This document shows, piece after piece, positions 18,842 through 28,714 of a stretch of 34,831 nt of DNA. The notes beneath the pieces were generated by a model. It searched no databases and was not told the DNA's origin. It saw nothing but the letters and a program-made list of their open reading frames with translations. Within the stretch, counting starts at the first letter, position 1. The number at the start of each line of letters is the position of its first letter. Origin of the DNA: Chitinophagales bacterium (GTDB lineage Bacteria > Bacteroidota > Bacteroidia > Chitinophagales > BACL12); NCBI GenBank assembly GCA_035439505.1, contig DAORKJ010000001.1, positions 1 through 34,831 on the forward strand, read 5' to 3'. A program made the position numbers and the translations under genes.

Positions 18842-18875
18842 AAAAAAAGCCCGTTTGCCAATTTGCAGAACGGGC
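18842..18875 (-). terminator. Rho-independent terminator after the SnoaL-like gene
   Basis: On the minus strand, the stem gcccgttctgcaaattggcaaacgggc is followed by T7. Confidence 0.7.
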
Positions 18876-18894
18876 GTATTTATATCTTGATCAA

Positions 18895-19248
18895 TTAATT
18901 GTTGTAGTAAAATTTTTCTTCTACAATTTTACCATCATTCCAACGCTGAACAGATACTTGTTTATATTTTCTATCACCCCATTCACTATGCGTATAATCA
19001 AATTCCCATTCATTGATAACAATTCCATCACTTATTAAAACATTGTGCAATTGTGCACCACGAAAAGCGGTGAGTTTACTTACAAAGTCCTGTTCAAATT
19101 TGCGACATTCGTCTTTTCCAGTTCTAACCGGGAAATTGTTGTCCTGCATTACCACATCATCGGCGTAATACATTTCAAAAGCACCTAATATATCACCGGC
19201 TAATATGCGGGCATTCAGGTCGTCTACTAAAGGTTTTAAGTTTTCCAT
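18895..19248 (-). CDS. SnoaL-like / NTF2-fold small protein
   Basis: 117 aa. Composition and size fit the NTF2-like superfamily. Weak call. Confidence 0.5.
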   Translation of the reverse strand: MENLKPLVDDLNARILAGDILGAFEMYYADDVVMQDNNFPVRTGKDECRKFEQDFVSKLTAFRGAQLHNVLISDGIVINEWEFDYTHSEWGDRKYKQVSVQRWNDGKIVEEKFYYNN

Positions 19249-19317
19249 TTTTACATCAATTTACATGTATATACATATAAATGGATAAAAAGTTCAGTAA
19301 GCGGAAAAAATTGTCAA

Positions 19318-19950
19318 TTAAAAGTAGAAACTAGCTCCGAGATTCAGGTTGATGCTATTATTCAATTGCAGCTTGGGGTCCAACGGATTTAAAGCATTAA
19401 AACCTTGTCTAGATGCATGGTAATATAAGTCGCCATTAATCGAAAAATGCTCCGTTATATAATACAGTGATGATAAACCAATACCAACTTTTGGTCCACT
19501 TACAGGTGTTGATGCTTCATAAAATTGTCCGGCATCTGTGGCTGTTTGGTCTATAGTTTCGCGAACGTAGTCAAGCCCAAATCTCGCCCCTATCCGAAAA
19601 TTATCCCAAACATCGGCGCCGTATAAATAAGTAATATTCAGTCCTATTGCCCAAGAAGACACTCTTTCACTTACCAATGCACTGTCGGTGAACTCATATC
19701 CACCCATCGATAACGCATAATATTCTGATTCGGAAGGTTTTAAAAGCGTTAACGCAAAATGGTATTCCAAATACCCTGTCCAATCAAAATAACCTACTCT
19801 AGCCACAATACCGGGCACTACACTTTCAAGATCAAAAGATTGAAAGGCAAATTGGTTTTGCACCGTTCCTTGTGCGCCAACATAAACCTGGCTTTGTAAC
19901 ACACTGGAAATAAATAAACTCAATAAAAAAAGCTGAATTGGTGTTTTCAT
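19318..19950 (-). CDS. Small outer-membrane beta-barrel protein (OmpW/porin-family-like)
   Basis: Signal peptide ..SQVYVGAQG. Alternating beta-strand pattern and a C-terminal aromatic motif ..GASFYF. Confidence 0.65.
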   Translation of the reverse strand: MKTPIQLFLLSLFISSVLQSQVYVGAQGTVQNQFAFQSFDLESVVPGIVARVGYFDWTGYLEYHFALTLLKPSESEYYALSMGGYEFTDSALVSERVSSWAIGLNITYLYGADVWDNFRIGARFGLDYVRETIDQTATDAGQFYEASTPVSGPKVGIGLSSLYYITEHFSINGDLYYHASRQGFNALNPLDPKLQLNNSINLNLGASFYF

Positions 19951-20028
19951 ATTAATTATTTTACTGTAAAGTAAATAATTGACTATGATAAATCCAACTC
20001 AGCCTTGAATAAATCTAGTTAGAAGTGT

Positions 20029-22992
20029 TTAAACTTCCATGTAACTTTCAATTGGAGGACAGGTACAAATTAAATTTCTGTCGCCCTGAGTATTATTAAT
20101 TCTGGCAACACTTGGCCAGAATTTTCTGTCTTTTAAATAACTAACCGGATAAACAGCCTGCTCTCGCGAATAACCATGATTCCAGCTTTCTGACAAAATA
20201 TCGCGCATGGTATGTGGTGCATTTTTTAAGGTATTATCAACTTTATCTGCATCCCCGTTTTCTATTGCCGCGATTTCTGCTTTAATAGCCACCATAGCTT
20301 CAATAAATCTGTCTAATTCTTCCTTGCTTTCACTTTCGGTAGGTTCAATCATTAACGTACCGGCAACAGGAAACGAAACAGTAGGTGCATGGAAACCATA
20401 ATCCATTAATCGTTTCGCAACATCTTCAACTTCTAATCCGATGGTATGTTTCCATTTTCTGAAATCAATAATAAATTCATGTGCTACTCTGCCTGATTTA
20501 CTCACATATAAAATGTCGTAATGTTTTTCGAGATTACTCTTTAAATAATTTGCGTTTAAGATGGCCATTTTTGTTGCATTAGTACATCCTTCACCACCCA
20601 ACATTTTAATATACGCATAACTAATTAATAATATACTTGCACTGCCAAATGGTGCAGCATTAATAGCACGAATGGCATTTATACCACCTGTTTTAAATAA
20701 TGGATGTCCGGGTAAAAACGGAGCAAGTTTTTCATTCACACAAATTGGTCCCATTCCCGGTCCACCACCACCATGCGGTATGGCAAATGTTTTATGTAAG
20801 TTGAGGTGACAAACATCCGCACCAATTTTTGCAGGAGAAGTTAAGCCTACCTGTGCATTCATATTGGCGCCATCCATATATACCAATCCGCCATGCTGAT
20901 GTACGATATTACATATCAACATAATGGTTTCTTCAAACACACCATGTGTAGATGGATACGTTACCATCAAACATGCTAAATCGTTTTGATGTTCTTCCGC
21001 TTTTAATTTTAAATCATCAATATCGATATGTCCTTCTGCATCACTTTTTACAACGATAACGTCCATTCCGGCCATAACCGCACTTGCAGGATTTGTACCA
21101 TGTGCACTTGCAGGAATTAATACTTTATTTCTATGTGCTTCGTTATGATGTCTGTGGTAAGCACGAATTACCATCAACCCAGCATATTCGCCCTGTGCAC
21201 CTGAATTAGGCTGTAGGCTGCATGCATCAAAACGGGTGATTTCACATAAATCATCTTCCAACGTTTTAATCATTTCTAAATATCCTTGCACCTGTTCGGC
21301 TGGAACAAATGGATGAATGGAAGAAAATTCAGGCCATGAAACCGGCATTAATTCAGTTGCCGCATTTAATTTCATTGTACAACTTCCCAATGGAATCATT
21401 GATGTTGTCAACGATAAATCTTTATTTTCCAAACGTTTAATATACCGCATCATTTCACTTTCAGAATGATAGGTGTTAAATACCGGATGCGTTAAATAGG
21501 ATGATGTGCGAATTAATTCTGCCGGTATTGTAGTCTGCAAATTTTCAATATTACTTAACTCAATTTTGTGTCCGTTGTTCGAACCTTTTGCTTCTGCAAA
21601 TACCTCTGCAATTTCTTTAATATCTTCAAGTTCAGTACTTTCATCAAGGGTAATTTGTATATCGCCATTCATATGATAAAAGAAATTCATATGTCTGCTG
21701 ATTGCATGCTGATGAATTACACCACTCATTGCACCTGCTTTAATATACAACGTATCAAAAAAAGCAGTATTTGATTGCACAAAACCCATTTTATTCAGCG
21801 TATCATTTAATACACTGGTTAAACCATGTACTTTTTCTGCAATTTGTTTTAAACCCTCAGGCCCGTGATAAACACCATACATACCGGCCATAATGGCAAG
21901 TAAAGCCTGTGCAGTACAAATGTTGGATGTCGCTTTTTCTCTTCTGATATGTTGCTCTCTGGTTTGTAATGCCATACGCAACGCAGGGTTATTATCGCGG
22001 TCAACACTCACCCCAATAATACGTCCCGGAATATCGCGTTTAAATTCATCTTTAGTTGCAAAAAATGCTGCATGCGGACCACCAAAACCCATTGGTACTC
22101 CAAAACGTTGCGAATTACCAATAGCACAATCTGCACCCATTTCGGCAGGTGATTGTAAAATTGCCAATGATAAAATATCTGCAGCTACTGTTACATAAGC
22201 ATTGTGTTGATGTGCATCATCAATTAATGAACGATAGTTATATAATTGTCCGTTTCCGGCAGGATATTGTAACAAAGCTCCAAAATAGTTGCTGTTGAAA
22301 GTAAATGTTGTATGATTCCCAACTTCAACTTCAATACCAAGTGGTTCAGCTTTGCTAATTAATAAATCTATTGTTTGAGGGAAACACAATTCACTTACAA
22401 AAAACTTATTGGCAACTACTTCTTTTTTATTGCGCAAATGAAAAAACATGATCATTGCTTCAGCAGCTGCAGTTCCTTCATCCAATAAACTGGCGTTGGC
22501 AATATCAAATCCGGTTAAATCGGCAATCATGGTTTGAAAATTTAGCAACGCTTCTAACCTGCCCTGGGCAATTTCAGCCTGATAAGGGGTATACTGCGTA
22601 TACCAACCCGGATTTTCGAATATGTTGCGCTTAATTACACTTGGGGTGAGCGTATTATAATACCCTAACCCGATATATGTCCTAAACACCTTGTTTTTAG
22701 CGGCAATTGCCTTTAGGTGTTTGAAGTAATTGTGTTCGGTCATGGGCTGACTGATATTCAACGGTCGCTTCAGGCGGATGTTTTCCGGAACTGTTTGGTT
22801 GATGAGCGAGTCAAGCGACTCAGCTCCAATACTGGTTAACATTGCTGCAACATCATGTGGTCTTGGGCCAATATGGCGTTGTTCGAATTGCTCGTTAGTT
22901 GAAGTACGAAGTTTCACTGCTGTAGATTTAAAAATTCCTGCAAAATTAAGTGTTGTACAAATGGTTTTGGGCACAATAAAAAAAGATTTCAC
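20029..22992 (-). CDS. gcvP: Glycine dehydrogenase (decarboxylating), single-chain P-protein of the glycine cleavage system
   Basis: N-terminal FEQRHIGP. Two PLP-dependent domains. Length is about 960 aa if translation starts at the in-frame GTG at 22917, or 987 aa from the ATG at 22992. Confidence 0.9.
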   Translation of the reverse strand: MKSFFIVPKTICTTLNFAGIFKSTAVKLRTSTNEQFEQRHIGPRPHDVAAMLTSIGAESLDSLINQTVPENIRLKRPLNISQPMTEHNYFKHLKAIAAKNKVFRTYIGLGYYNTLTPSVIKRNIFENPGWYTQYTPYQAEIAQGRLEALLNFQTMIADLTGFDIANASLLDEGTAAAEAMIMFFHLRNKKEVVANKFFVSELCFPQTIDLLISKAEPLGIEVEVGNHTTFTFNSNYFGALLQYPAGNGQLYNYRSLIDDAHQHNAYVTVAADILSLAILQSPAEMGADCAIGNSQRFGVPMGFGGPHAAFFATKDEFKRDIPGRIIGVSVDRDNNPALRMALQTREQHIRREKATSNICTAQALLAIMAGMYGVYHGPEGLKQIAEKVHGLTSVLNDTLNKMGFVQSNTAFFDTLYIKAGAMSGVIHQHAISRHMNFFYHMNGDIQITLDESTELEDIKEIAEVFAEAKGSNNGHKIELSNIENLQTTIPAELIRTSSYLTHPVFNTYHSESEMMRYIKRLENKDLSLTTSMIPLGSCTMKLNAATELMPVSWPEFSSIHPFVPAEQVQGYLEMIKTLEDDLCEITRFDACSLQPNSGAQGEYAGLMVIRAYHRHHNEAHRNKVLIPASAHGTNPASAVMAGMDVIVVKSDAEGHIDIDDLKLKAEEHQNDLACLMVTYPSTHGVFEETIMLICNIVHQHGGLVYMDGANMNAQVGLTSPAKIGADVCHLNLHKTFAIPHGGGGPGMGPICVNEKLAPFLPGHPLFKTGGINAIRAINAAPFGSASILLISYAYIKMLGGEGCTNATKMAILNANYLKSNLEKHYDILYVSKSGRVAHEFIIDFRKWKHTIGLEVEDVAKRLMDYGFHAPTVSFPVAGTLMIEPTESESKEELDRFIEAMVAIKAEIAAIENGDADKVDNTLKNAPHTMRDILSESWNHGYSREQAVYPVSYLKDRKFWPSVARINNTQGDRNLICTCPPIESYMEV

Positions 22993-23071
22993 AGTTAATG
23001 CACAAATTCTAAAATAAGCAGTTTATTTTGTCGTCTGTTAAGGATATTCCTCAACAATTAAAACAATCACA

Positions 23072-25003
23072 ATGGACTCAATTAACCAAGAAACACTCAC
23101 CTGGACACTCTGGATTGTAGGCGTGCTGGTATGTATCATCTTCTACAAATTCATTTTGCGCTTCTTTTTCGGGATGGTAATAGTCCCTGAGGACCGAATT
23201 GGTCTTGTCACCAAAAAATTCGTGTTATTCGGTGCCAACAAAGAATTACCTGATGGGCACATTATTGCTACAAAAGGGGAAGCCGGTTATCAGGCACATT
23301 CATTAGCACCGGGTTTATATTTCTGGAAATGGATTTGGCAATATGAAATCACTATGCAACCCTTCATCATCATCCCTACAGGTCAAATTGGCCTTGTGTT
23401 GGCAAATGATGGTGTAGAACTGGAAACAGGACGAATTTTAGCCCGAAAAGTAGAATGCGACACTTTTCAGGATGCCGCAGCTTTTATGAATGGAGGTGGT
23501 AGAAAAGGCCGGCAATCTGCACTTATACCGCCGGGTTCATATCGTATCAATACCTTTTTGTTTGCTATAGAGATTGTGGACATGACCAATGTGCCTGAAA
23601 ATGGGGTGGGTATTGTGACAACTTTGGAGGGACAACCCTTGGATGAAGGTCAAATTGCCGGTAAAATTATTCCTTCACATAACCGATACCAGGATGCAGA
23701 TACCTTTTTAAATAATAGCGGTTACAAAGGTTTGCAGGAGCAGGTAATTTTAGCTGGTAGTTATTTCTTAAACCCATGGTTTGTGCGTGTTGAAATTGTG
23801 AAAATGACCGAAATACCTATCGGTTATGTCGGTGTTGTAATCAGTTACGTGGGTGCCGATGGTGTAGATTTAAGTGGTACTGAATTTAAACACGGTAATA
23901 TCGTTGCGAAAGGGCAAAAAGGTGTATGGGCAGAAGCATTAGGCCCGGGGAAATATCCGATTAACCCTTATATCATGAAAGTGGAATTGGTGCCAACTAC
24001 CAACCTGGTTTTAAATTGGGCATCAGCAAGAACTGAATCGCATATGTTAGATAAAAATTTGAGTACTATCACAGTGCGTTCTAAAGATGGTTTCACTTTC
24101 AACCTCGATGTTTCTCAAATTATTCATATTCCAACTTACGAGGCACCAAAAGTTATTGCACGTTTTGGAAATATGGCCAATCTGGTAACGCAGGTTTTAG
24201 AACCTACCATTGGTAACTACTTCCGTAACTCTGCGCAAGACGCCGATGTAATTGATTTCCTCAAGTCACGAAAAGAACGTCAGGAAAGTGCCAAACAACA
24301 TATTGGTGATGTGCTTGAGCAGTATAATGTTTTTGGTGTTGATACCTTAATCGGTGATATTATTCCTCCTGAAACGTTAATGAAAACGCTCACTGACCGT
24401 AAATTGGCTGAGGAGCAAAAAGTAACCTACGATACCCAAATGAAGGCGCAGGAAACTCGACGCACTTTAGAGAAAGAAACTGCTGTTGCTGAAATGCAAA
24501 AAGAATTAGTAAAAGCTGACCAAGGTGTAGTAATTGCAGAAAAAATTGCAGATGCGAGTGTGAAAAAAGCTACGGGTGATGCAAACGGTATTCGTATTCA
24601 ATCTACAGCTGAAGGTGAACGATTAAGAATATTAGCAACCGGTGAAGCAGAAAAAATTCGATTATTAGCAGAGGCTGATTCGCAAAAAATAAAATTAATT
24701 GCCGATGCAGAAGCCGAACGTATTGCAAAAACAGGTAATGCCGAGGCGGAAAAAATATTGGCGATTGGTAAATCAAATGCTGAATCCTATAAATTATCGG
24801 TTGAAGCTATGGGTGGAGATAATTTCACGCAATTAAAAATTACCGAAAGCCTCGGAATGAATAATGTGAAAGTAATTCCAGAAGTACTCATTACCGGAGG
24901 AAACGATTCTCCAAACGGACCAATAAGTGGTTTGTTAGGTTTAGAATTAATGAAAGAACTCGGTAAACGAATTCGCGAAGGCAATCAGGATAAAAAAGAA
25001 TAA
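23072..25003 (+). CDS. Flotillin-like SPFH/band-7 domain protein with an N-terminal TM and a long Ala/Glu-rich coiled-coil tail
   Basis: N-terminal TM LWIVGVLVCIIFYKFIL, an SPFH domain, then AEAEK-type heptad repeats (GEAEKIRLLAEADSQKIKLIADAEAERIAKTGNAEAEKIL). Confidence 0.8.
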   Translation: MDSINQETLTWTLWIVGVLVCIIFYKFILRFFFGMVIVPEDRIGLVTKKFVLFGANKELPDGHIIATKGEAGYQAHSLAPGLYFWKWIWQYEITMQPFIIIPTGQIGLVLANDGVELETGRILARKVECDTFQDAAAFMNGGGRKGRQSALIPPGSYRINTFLFAIEIVDMTNVPENGVGIVTTLEGQPLDEGQIAGKIIPSHNRYQDADTFLNNSGYKGLQEQVILAGSYFLNPWFVRVEIVKMTEIPIGYVGVVISYVGADGVDLSGTEFKHGNIVAKGQKGVWAEALGPGKYPINPYIMKVELVPTTNLVLNWASARTESHMLDKNLSTITVRSKDGFTFNLDVSQIIHIPTYEAPKVIARFGNMANLVTQVLEPTIGNYFRNSAQDADVIDFLKSRKERQESAKQHIGDVLEQYNVFGVDTLIGDIIPPETLMKTLTDRKLAEEQKVTYDTQMKAQETRRTLEKETAVAEMQKELVKADQGVVIAEKIADASVKKATGDANGIRIQSTAEGERLRILATGEAEKIRLLAEADSQKIKLIADAEAERIAKTGNAEAEKILAIGKSNAESYKLSVEAMGGDNFTQLKITESLGMNNVKVIPEVLITGGNDSPNGPISGLLGLELMKELGKRIREGNQDKKE

Positions 25004-25023
25004 TACTGATTCACAACAATTTT

Positions 25024-25060
25024 AAAAGGAGGTTATTATATCAATAATCTCCTTTTTTTA
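25024..25060 (+). terminator. Rho-independent terminator after the flotillin gene; probably bidirectional, since the convergent gene ends nearby
   Basis: aaaaggagg..ataatctcc stem followed by T7. It is A-rich on the 5' side. Confidence 0.55.
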
Positions 25061-25168
25061 TGCTCCGCAAAATGTCCAATTCTGCAGCATCGTGCCAGAA
25101 CTCTGTCCGACGCAAACAATAAAAATCTGCGCTGCTAAAACAGCAGTAACCAATTTCATTTCCGTTTA

Positions 25169-27616
25169 TTATTGCACCCTCGATTTTTCATCAGGTGCTG
25201 CTGTATTTCGAGCCTGCATTCCTTGTCCTTTATTAAATCTATATCCAAACGAAATGGTTAACACACGTGTATCCAAATAACTAAACCAATTTGCAGTAGA
25301 ATTTCCTAACCCTTCAATATCACCACCGGATTGTGTAGTATAAAATATATCACTCACATTTAATTTAATCGTGCCCTGATTTTTCATTATTTTTTTCGAA
25401 ACCCCAAACCTCACACCTCCCGATGGAATGGTAATAAATTGCCCGCTATATACCTTTGTCTGATAATGGCCCGATAATTCAAACGCCCATGTCTCCTTTA
25501 CCTGAAACTGATTCACAGGCCCTATATACCAATGTGTTCCTTCATTATTTAATGGTTGCCCATAAATAGTCGCATTAAATGCATTATGCATCAATTCGGA
25601 ATATACCTGTAATGTCCACCATTTTTTGATTGCAAACATCCCATTAACTGAAATGCCATATGTCAGTTGATCGCTGATATTTCCGGGGCGACTATAAAAA
25701 ATACCATCACGTTGCTCTATGGTTTCATTAATAACATCGTTTACCACACTAAATAATCCAGTTGTAGTTAAGATATTATTATAAGTATGTGATAATTCGA
25801 AATTATGCGAAAAAGTGGGTTCCAAAAATGGATTACCTTCATACAAAGTAAACAAATCGAGCGGGTACGTAAACGGATTTAAATCCTTATAATTCGGGCG
25901 GTCAATTCTTCTTCCATATGAAAATCCTAAAACATGTTTCCCAACCGAATCTACCTGATATTGTAAATAGGCGGTAGGAAAAATATTATATAAATTTCTG
26001 GTAAAAGTAGAATCTTCGGTAAGTGCGTTGCCAAGTTGATTGCCTGTAATATTAGTATTCTCAAATCGCAATCCTAATTGCAAAGAAAATACACCAATGC
26101 TTTGACTGTAATTTACATAAGCTGCATTAATATTCTCGTTGTAAATAAAATGATTGGAAAAAGTATAATTTGGAGTTAAAACACCATCCAATTCATCCTG
26201 AAAATCAGCATCATTATCCGCATCCACAATACTTGATTTAACACCTGCATCAAATCGGGCACCACTTGAGAGCGGCATCACAAAATCAGCTTTCGCACTT
26301 TTGATGGATAATAAAGTTGGTAAAAAACTCAGCAAGTTACTTTCTCCGATTAATACATCACCGGGCAAATATGATTTAGTGAGTAATTGCTGGTCCATAT
26401 CAGAGTTGTACCCCAGGTAATCAAATTGAAGTGTAAGTTGTTTGCCTTTATCATCCAGTACAACATCATAATTTAAATTGATATTACCATTAATAAATTT
26501 GCGGACTGAGGGGCTATAAGTAACCACTGTGCTCTGCAACGCACCTAATGAATCGCTGACTTCTGCTGTATTGGTTGAATTGTTATCCAACGAAGTATTA
26601 AATCCACTAAACGAAACGCCAATGGTAGATTTATCATTGATATAAAAATCCATGCCTAATTTTCCGGTCAGACTGGTATTCTCAATTTTAATGAATGTAT
26701 GCTGATAAAAAGTGGAACTCAAACTACCATCTTCATTATTATACGTTCTGTTGATATCCAAGTCCTGAAATGTATTATGCAAATTATATCCTAGGTTCGT
26801 ATAAAAATTAAATCTGTTTATCCTGTAATTCAGATTTGCGCTGTTGTTACTTTTAGGATAACGGCCTTGCGCATAACTCAAATTAAAGCCACCGTTAACA
26901 CCCACCTTTTTTGTTTTTTTAATATTGATATTAATTATTCCGCCTGTTCCTGCTGCATCATATTTAGCTGGTGGGTTGGTCATAATTTCGATATTCTCCA
27001 ACGATTCCGATGGCAATGAACGTAAATAACCGGCTAAGTCGGCTGGCGCCAGATAGGTAGGTTTATCATCCACATACACCATAACACCTTTTCCTTTTAA
27101 ACTGATATTACCATCCATATCAACCTGAACTCCCGGCGACTTTTCGAGTACATCAAGTGCTGTAGTTCCTGCGTTGCTGATTAATGCTTCCGGGTGTACA
27201 ATAATCCTATCAATGCTTTGCTCAACAAATGGTTTTTTGCTGATGATTTCAACAGATTCCAATTGTAATGAACCAGTTGACTTTAAATTAATTATTGGTA
27301 ACACATATTTTGTTTTAAGGGATGTTACCTCAATTACTTGTGAGAAGTAAGTTTGATAACCTAAAGCAGCAATACTTAAAAAATATTTTTCCGGATTAGC
27401 AATATTTATTGCAAAACCTCCATCAACAGCAGTCAATGATGAAGTTATTGCTGTCGAATCATTAAAAAGATACAAGGTAACCAGCGCATCATTTAATGGG
27501 TTGTTTGCCGAATCCGCTACCATACCAGTCAGCAAATAGGCCTCATCTTGAGCAACAATCTGTGCCTGACTGGAAAACACTAGCCCACTTAAAAGTGCGA
27601 AAAAAAATAACTTCAT
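25169..27616 (-). CDS. TonB-dependent-receptor-like outer-membrane beta-barrel family protein (CarbopepD_reg N-domain plus plug plus barrel)
   Basis: Signal peptide ..SSQAQ. LTGMVADSANNPLNDALV resembles the carboxypeptidase-regulatory domain. 815 aa. Same architecture as the 6011..8494 ORF. Confidence 0.7.
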   Translation of the reverse strand: MKLFFFALLSGLVFSSQAQIVAQDEAYLLTGMVADSANNPLNDALVTLYLFNDSTAITSSLTAVDGGFAINIANPEKYFLSIAALGYQTYFSQVIEVTSLKTKYVLPIINLKSTGSLQLESVEIISKKPFVEQSIDRIIVHPEALISNAGTTALDVLEKSPGVQVDMDGNISLKGKGVMVYVDDKPTYLAPADLAGYLRSLPSESLENIEIMTNPPAKYDAAGTGGIININIKKTKKVGVNGGFNLSYAQGRYPKSNNSANLNYRINRFNFYTNLGYNLHNTFQDLDINRTYNNEDGSLSSTFYQHTFIKIENTSLTGKLGMDFYINDKSTIGVSFSGFNTSLDNNSTNTAEVSDSLGALQSTVVTYSPSVRKFINGNINLNYDVVLDDKGKQLTLQFDYLGYNSDMDQQLLTKSYLPGDVLIGESNLLSFLPTLLSIKSAKADFVMPLSSGARFDAGVKSSIVDADNDADFQDELDGVLTPNYTFSNHFIYNENINAAYVNYSQSIGVFSLQLGLRFENTNITGNQLGNALTEDSTFTRNLYNIFPTAYLQYQVDSVGKHVLGFSYGRRIDRPNYKDLNPFTYPLDLFTLYEGNPFLEPTFSHNFELSHTYNNILTTTGLFSVVNDVINETIEQRDGIFYSRPGNISDQLTYGISVNGMFAIKKWWTLQVYSELMHNAFNATIYGQPLNNEGTHWYIGPVNQFQVKETWAFELSGHYQTKVYSGQFITIPSGGVRFGVSKKIMKNQGTIKLNVSDIFYTTQSGGDIEGLGNSTANWFSYLDTRVLTISFGYRFNKGQGMQARNTAAPDEKSRVQ

Positions 27617-27678
27617 GTTTGGCGTTTTAATTATTGCAAAGATGTGATTTTTAGCAAGTTTTTCTTTGTCGAATCCTG

Positions 27679-28575
27679 CTAATTATCCCAATTAAATTGC
27701 GAAGGAGCTACCCGAAAATGTTTCTTAAACGCTTTGCTAAAAGCATACACATCTGCAAACCCGGACATACCGGCAACATCTGTGACACTTATTTGTGGAT
27801 CCTTTAACAACATGGCTGCAAACTCCATACGTTTTTTCAGCATATAATGATAAGGCGTTTCGCCATACACTTTTTTATATAATCTAAAAAAATGGAATTC
27901 TGATAAATTACATTGCGTAGCGATATATTTGATGGTAGGTAATGTTAAAAATTGTTCATCCATAAATGCCTTTGCAATTTGCAATCTGCGCATTAATTCA
28001 TTTTTGGTTTGTTGTTTAATAGCCGGAATTTGTTGCAATTGTCGGTATAAACCGATATGATCAGCTACAAAGTGCTCAGCAATGTTGTAAAAAACAACAT
28101 CAGGAATAACTCTTGGCAACTCCGGTTGTTTTGAATAGATATTACTTAACTCAATTAAATCCTGACCTATAATCGTATTTTTTGCCTGGTATTGATTTTC
28201 TAAAAAACCACTGGTATTAAAAAATGTAGATAATGCATTATCGGGAAAATACGTGTCCGGTCGGATAAAACTCGCCACCGCCTCAGCTATTAAATTGGGT
28301 GCTATGTCGATACATAAACCCGCAACAGGCGATTTGCTGTCAATTATTACCTTCCCTTCCGCAAATTGATTGGCAATTAAATAACTTCCTGATTTGATGT
28401 CATACGCTTTGCCATTAACTATATAGGTTTCTTCACCGCTAATGACATATTTAATCGAAAATCGTTGGAAAGGCACCTTGCAATCCAACTCCTTCAATAC
28501 AGAGTAATTCATAATGCTGATCTGCTGAGGCAAATTGCTATAACTGGTAACAGGCGATGAAAGAAAACAATACAT
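27679..28575 (-). CDS. AraC family transcriptional regulator
   Basis: C-terminal double HTH (LSEFHFFRLYKKVYGETPYHYMLKKRMEFAAMLL...VTDVAGMSGFADVYAFSKAFKKHF). N-terminal cupin-like ligand domain. The start may be the downstream Met of MNYSVLKELD. Confidence 0.85.
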   Translation of the reverse strand: MYCFLSSPVTSYSNLPQQISIMNYSVLKELDCKVPFQRFSIKYVISGEETYIVNGKAYDIKSGSYLIANQFAEGKVIIDSKSPVAGLCIDIAPNLIAEAVASFIRPDTYFPDNALSTFFNTSGFLENQYQAKNTIIGQDLIELSNIYSKQPELPRVIPDVVFYNIAEHFVADHIGLYRQLQQIPAIKQQTKNELMRRLQIAKAFMDEQFLTLPTIKYIATQCNLSEFHFFRLYKKVYGETPYHYMLKKRMEFAAMLLKDPQISVTDVAGMSGFADVYAFSKAFKKHFRVAPSQFNWDN

Positions 28576-28630
28576 GTATTTATACCCTTAAAAAATTAAA
28601 GGTAAACGAAGCATAAAAAACAATCTACAT

Positions 28631-28662
28631 TGTTAACTAAAAATAGGGAATGTTAACTAAAA
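28631..28662. promoter_or_regulatory. Tandem 12-bp direct repeat TGTTAACTAAAA x2 with a 20-bp period, upstream of the AraC gene; candidate operator
   Basis: Exact copies at 28631..28642 and 28651..28662. Each contains the palindrome GTTAAC. They lie about 55-90 bp upstream of the AraC start. Confidence 0.35.
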
Positions 28663-28714
28663 TTAAGCAGTATGTCCTAACACAATTACATCAAACAATA
28701 ACTAAGTTATGCCA

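Noticed and set aside
21893-22198. 101-aa plus-strand ORF and other small ORFs inside gcvP
   Set aside because: gcvP motifs are continuous on the minus strand. The plus-strand ORFs are GC-skew artefacts of a long gene.
22918-23071. Possible glycine riboswitch in the gcvP leader
   Set aside because: Read on the minus strand, the leader has none of the conserved aptamer cores (GGAGAG...CUCUGGAGAG...ACCGAAGGGGCAA). It is too short and too AT-rich for tandem aptamers.
25092-25280. 62-aa plus-strand ORF in the convergent gap after the flotillin gene
   Set aside because: It overlaps the C-terminal, beta-barrel-terminal region of the minus-strand receptor-like gene and the terminator hairpins. It is Cys/Ala-rich nonsense.
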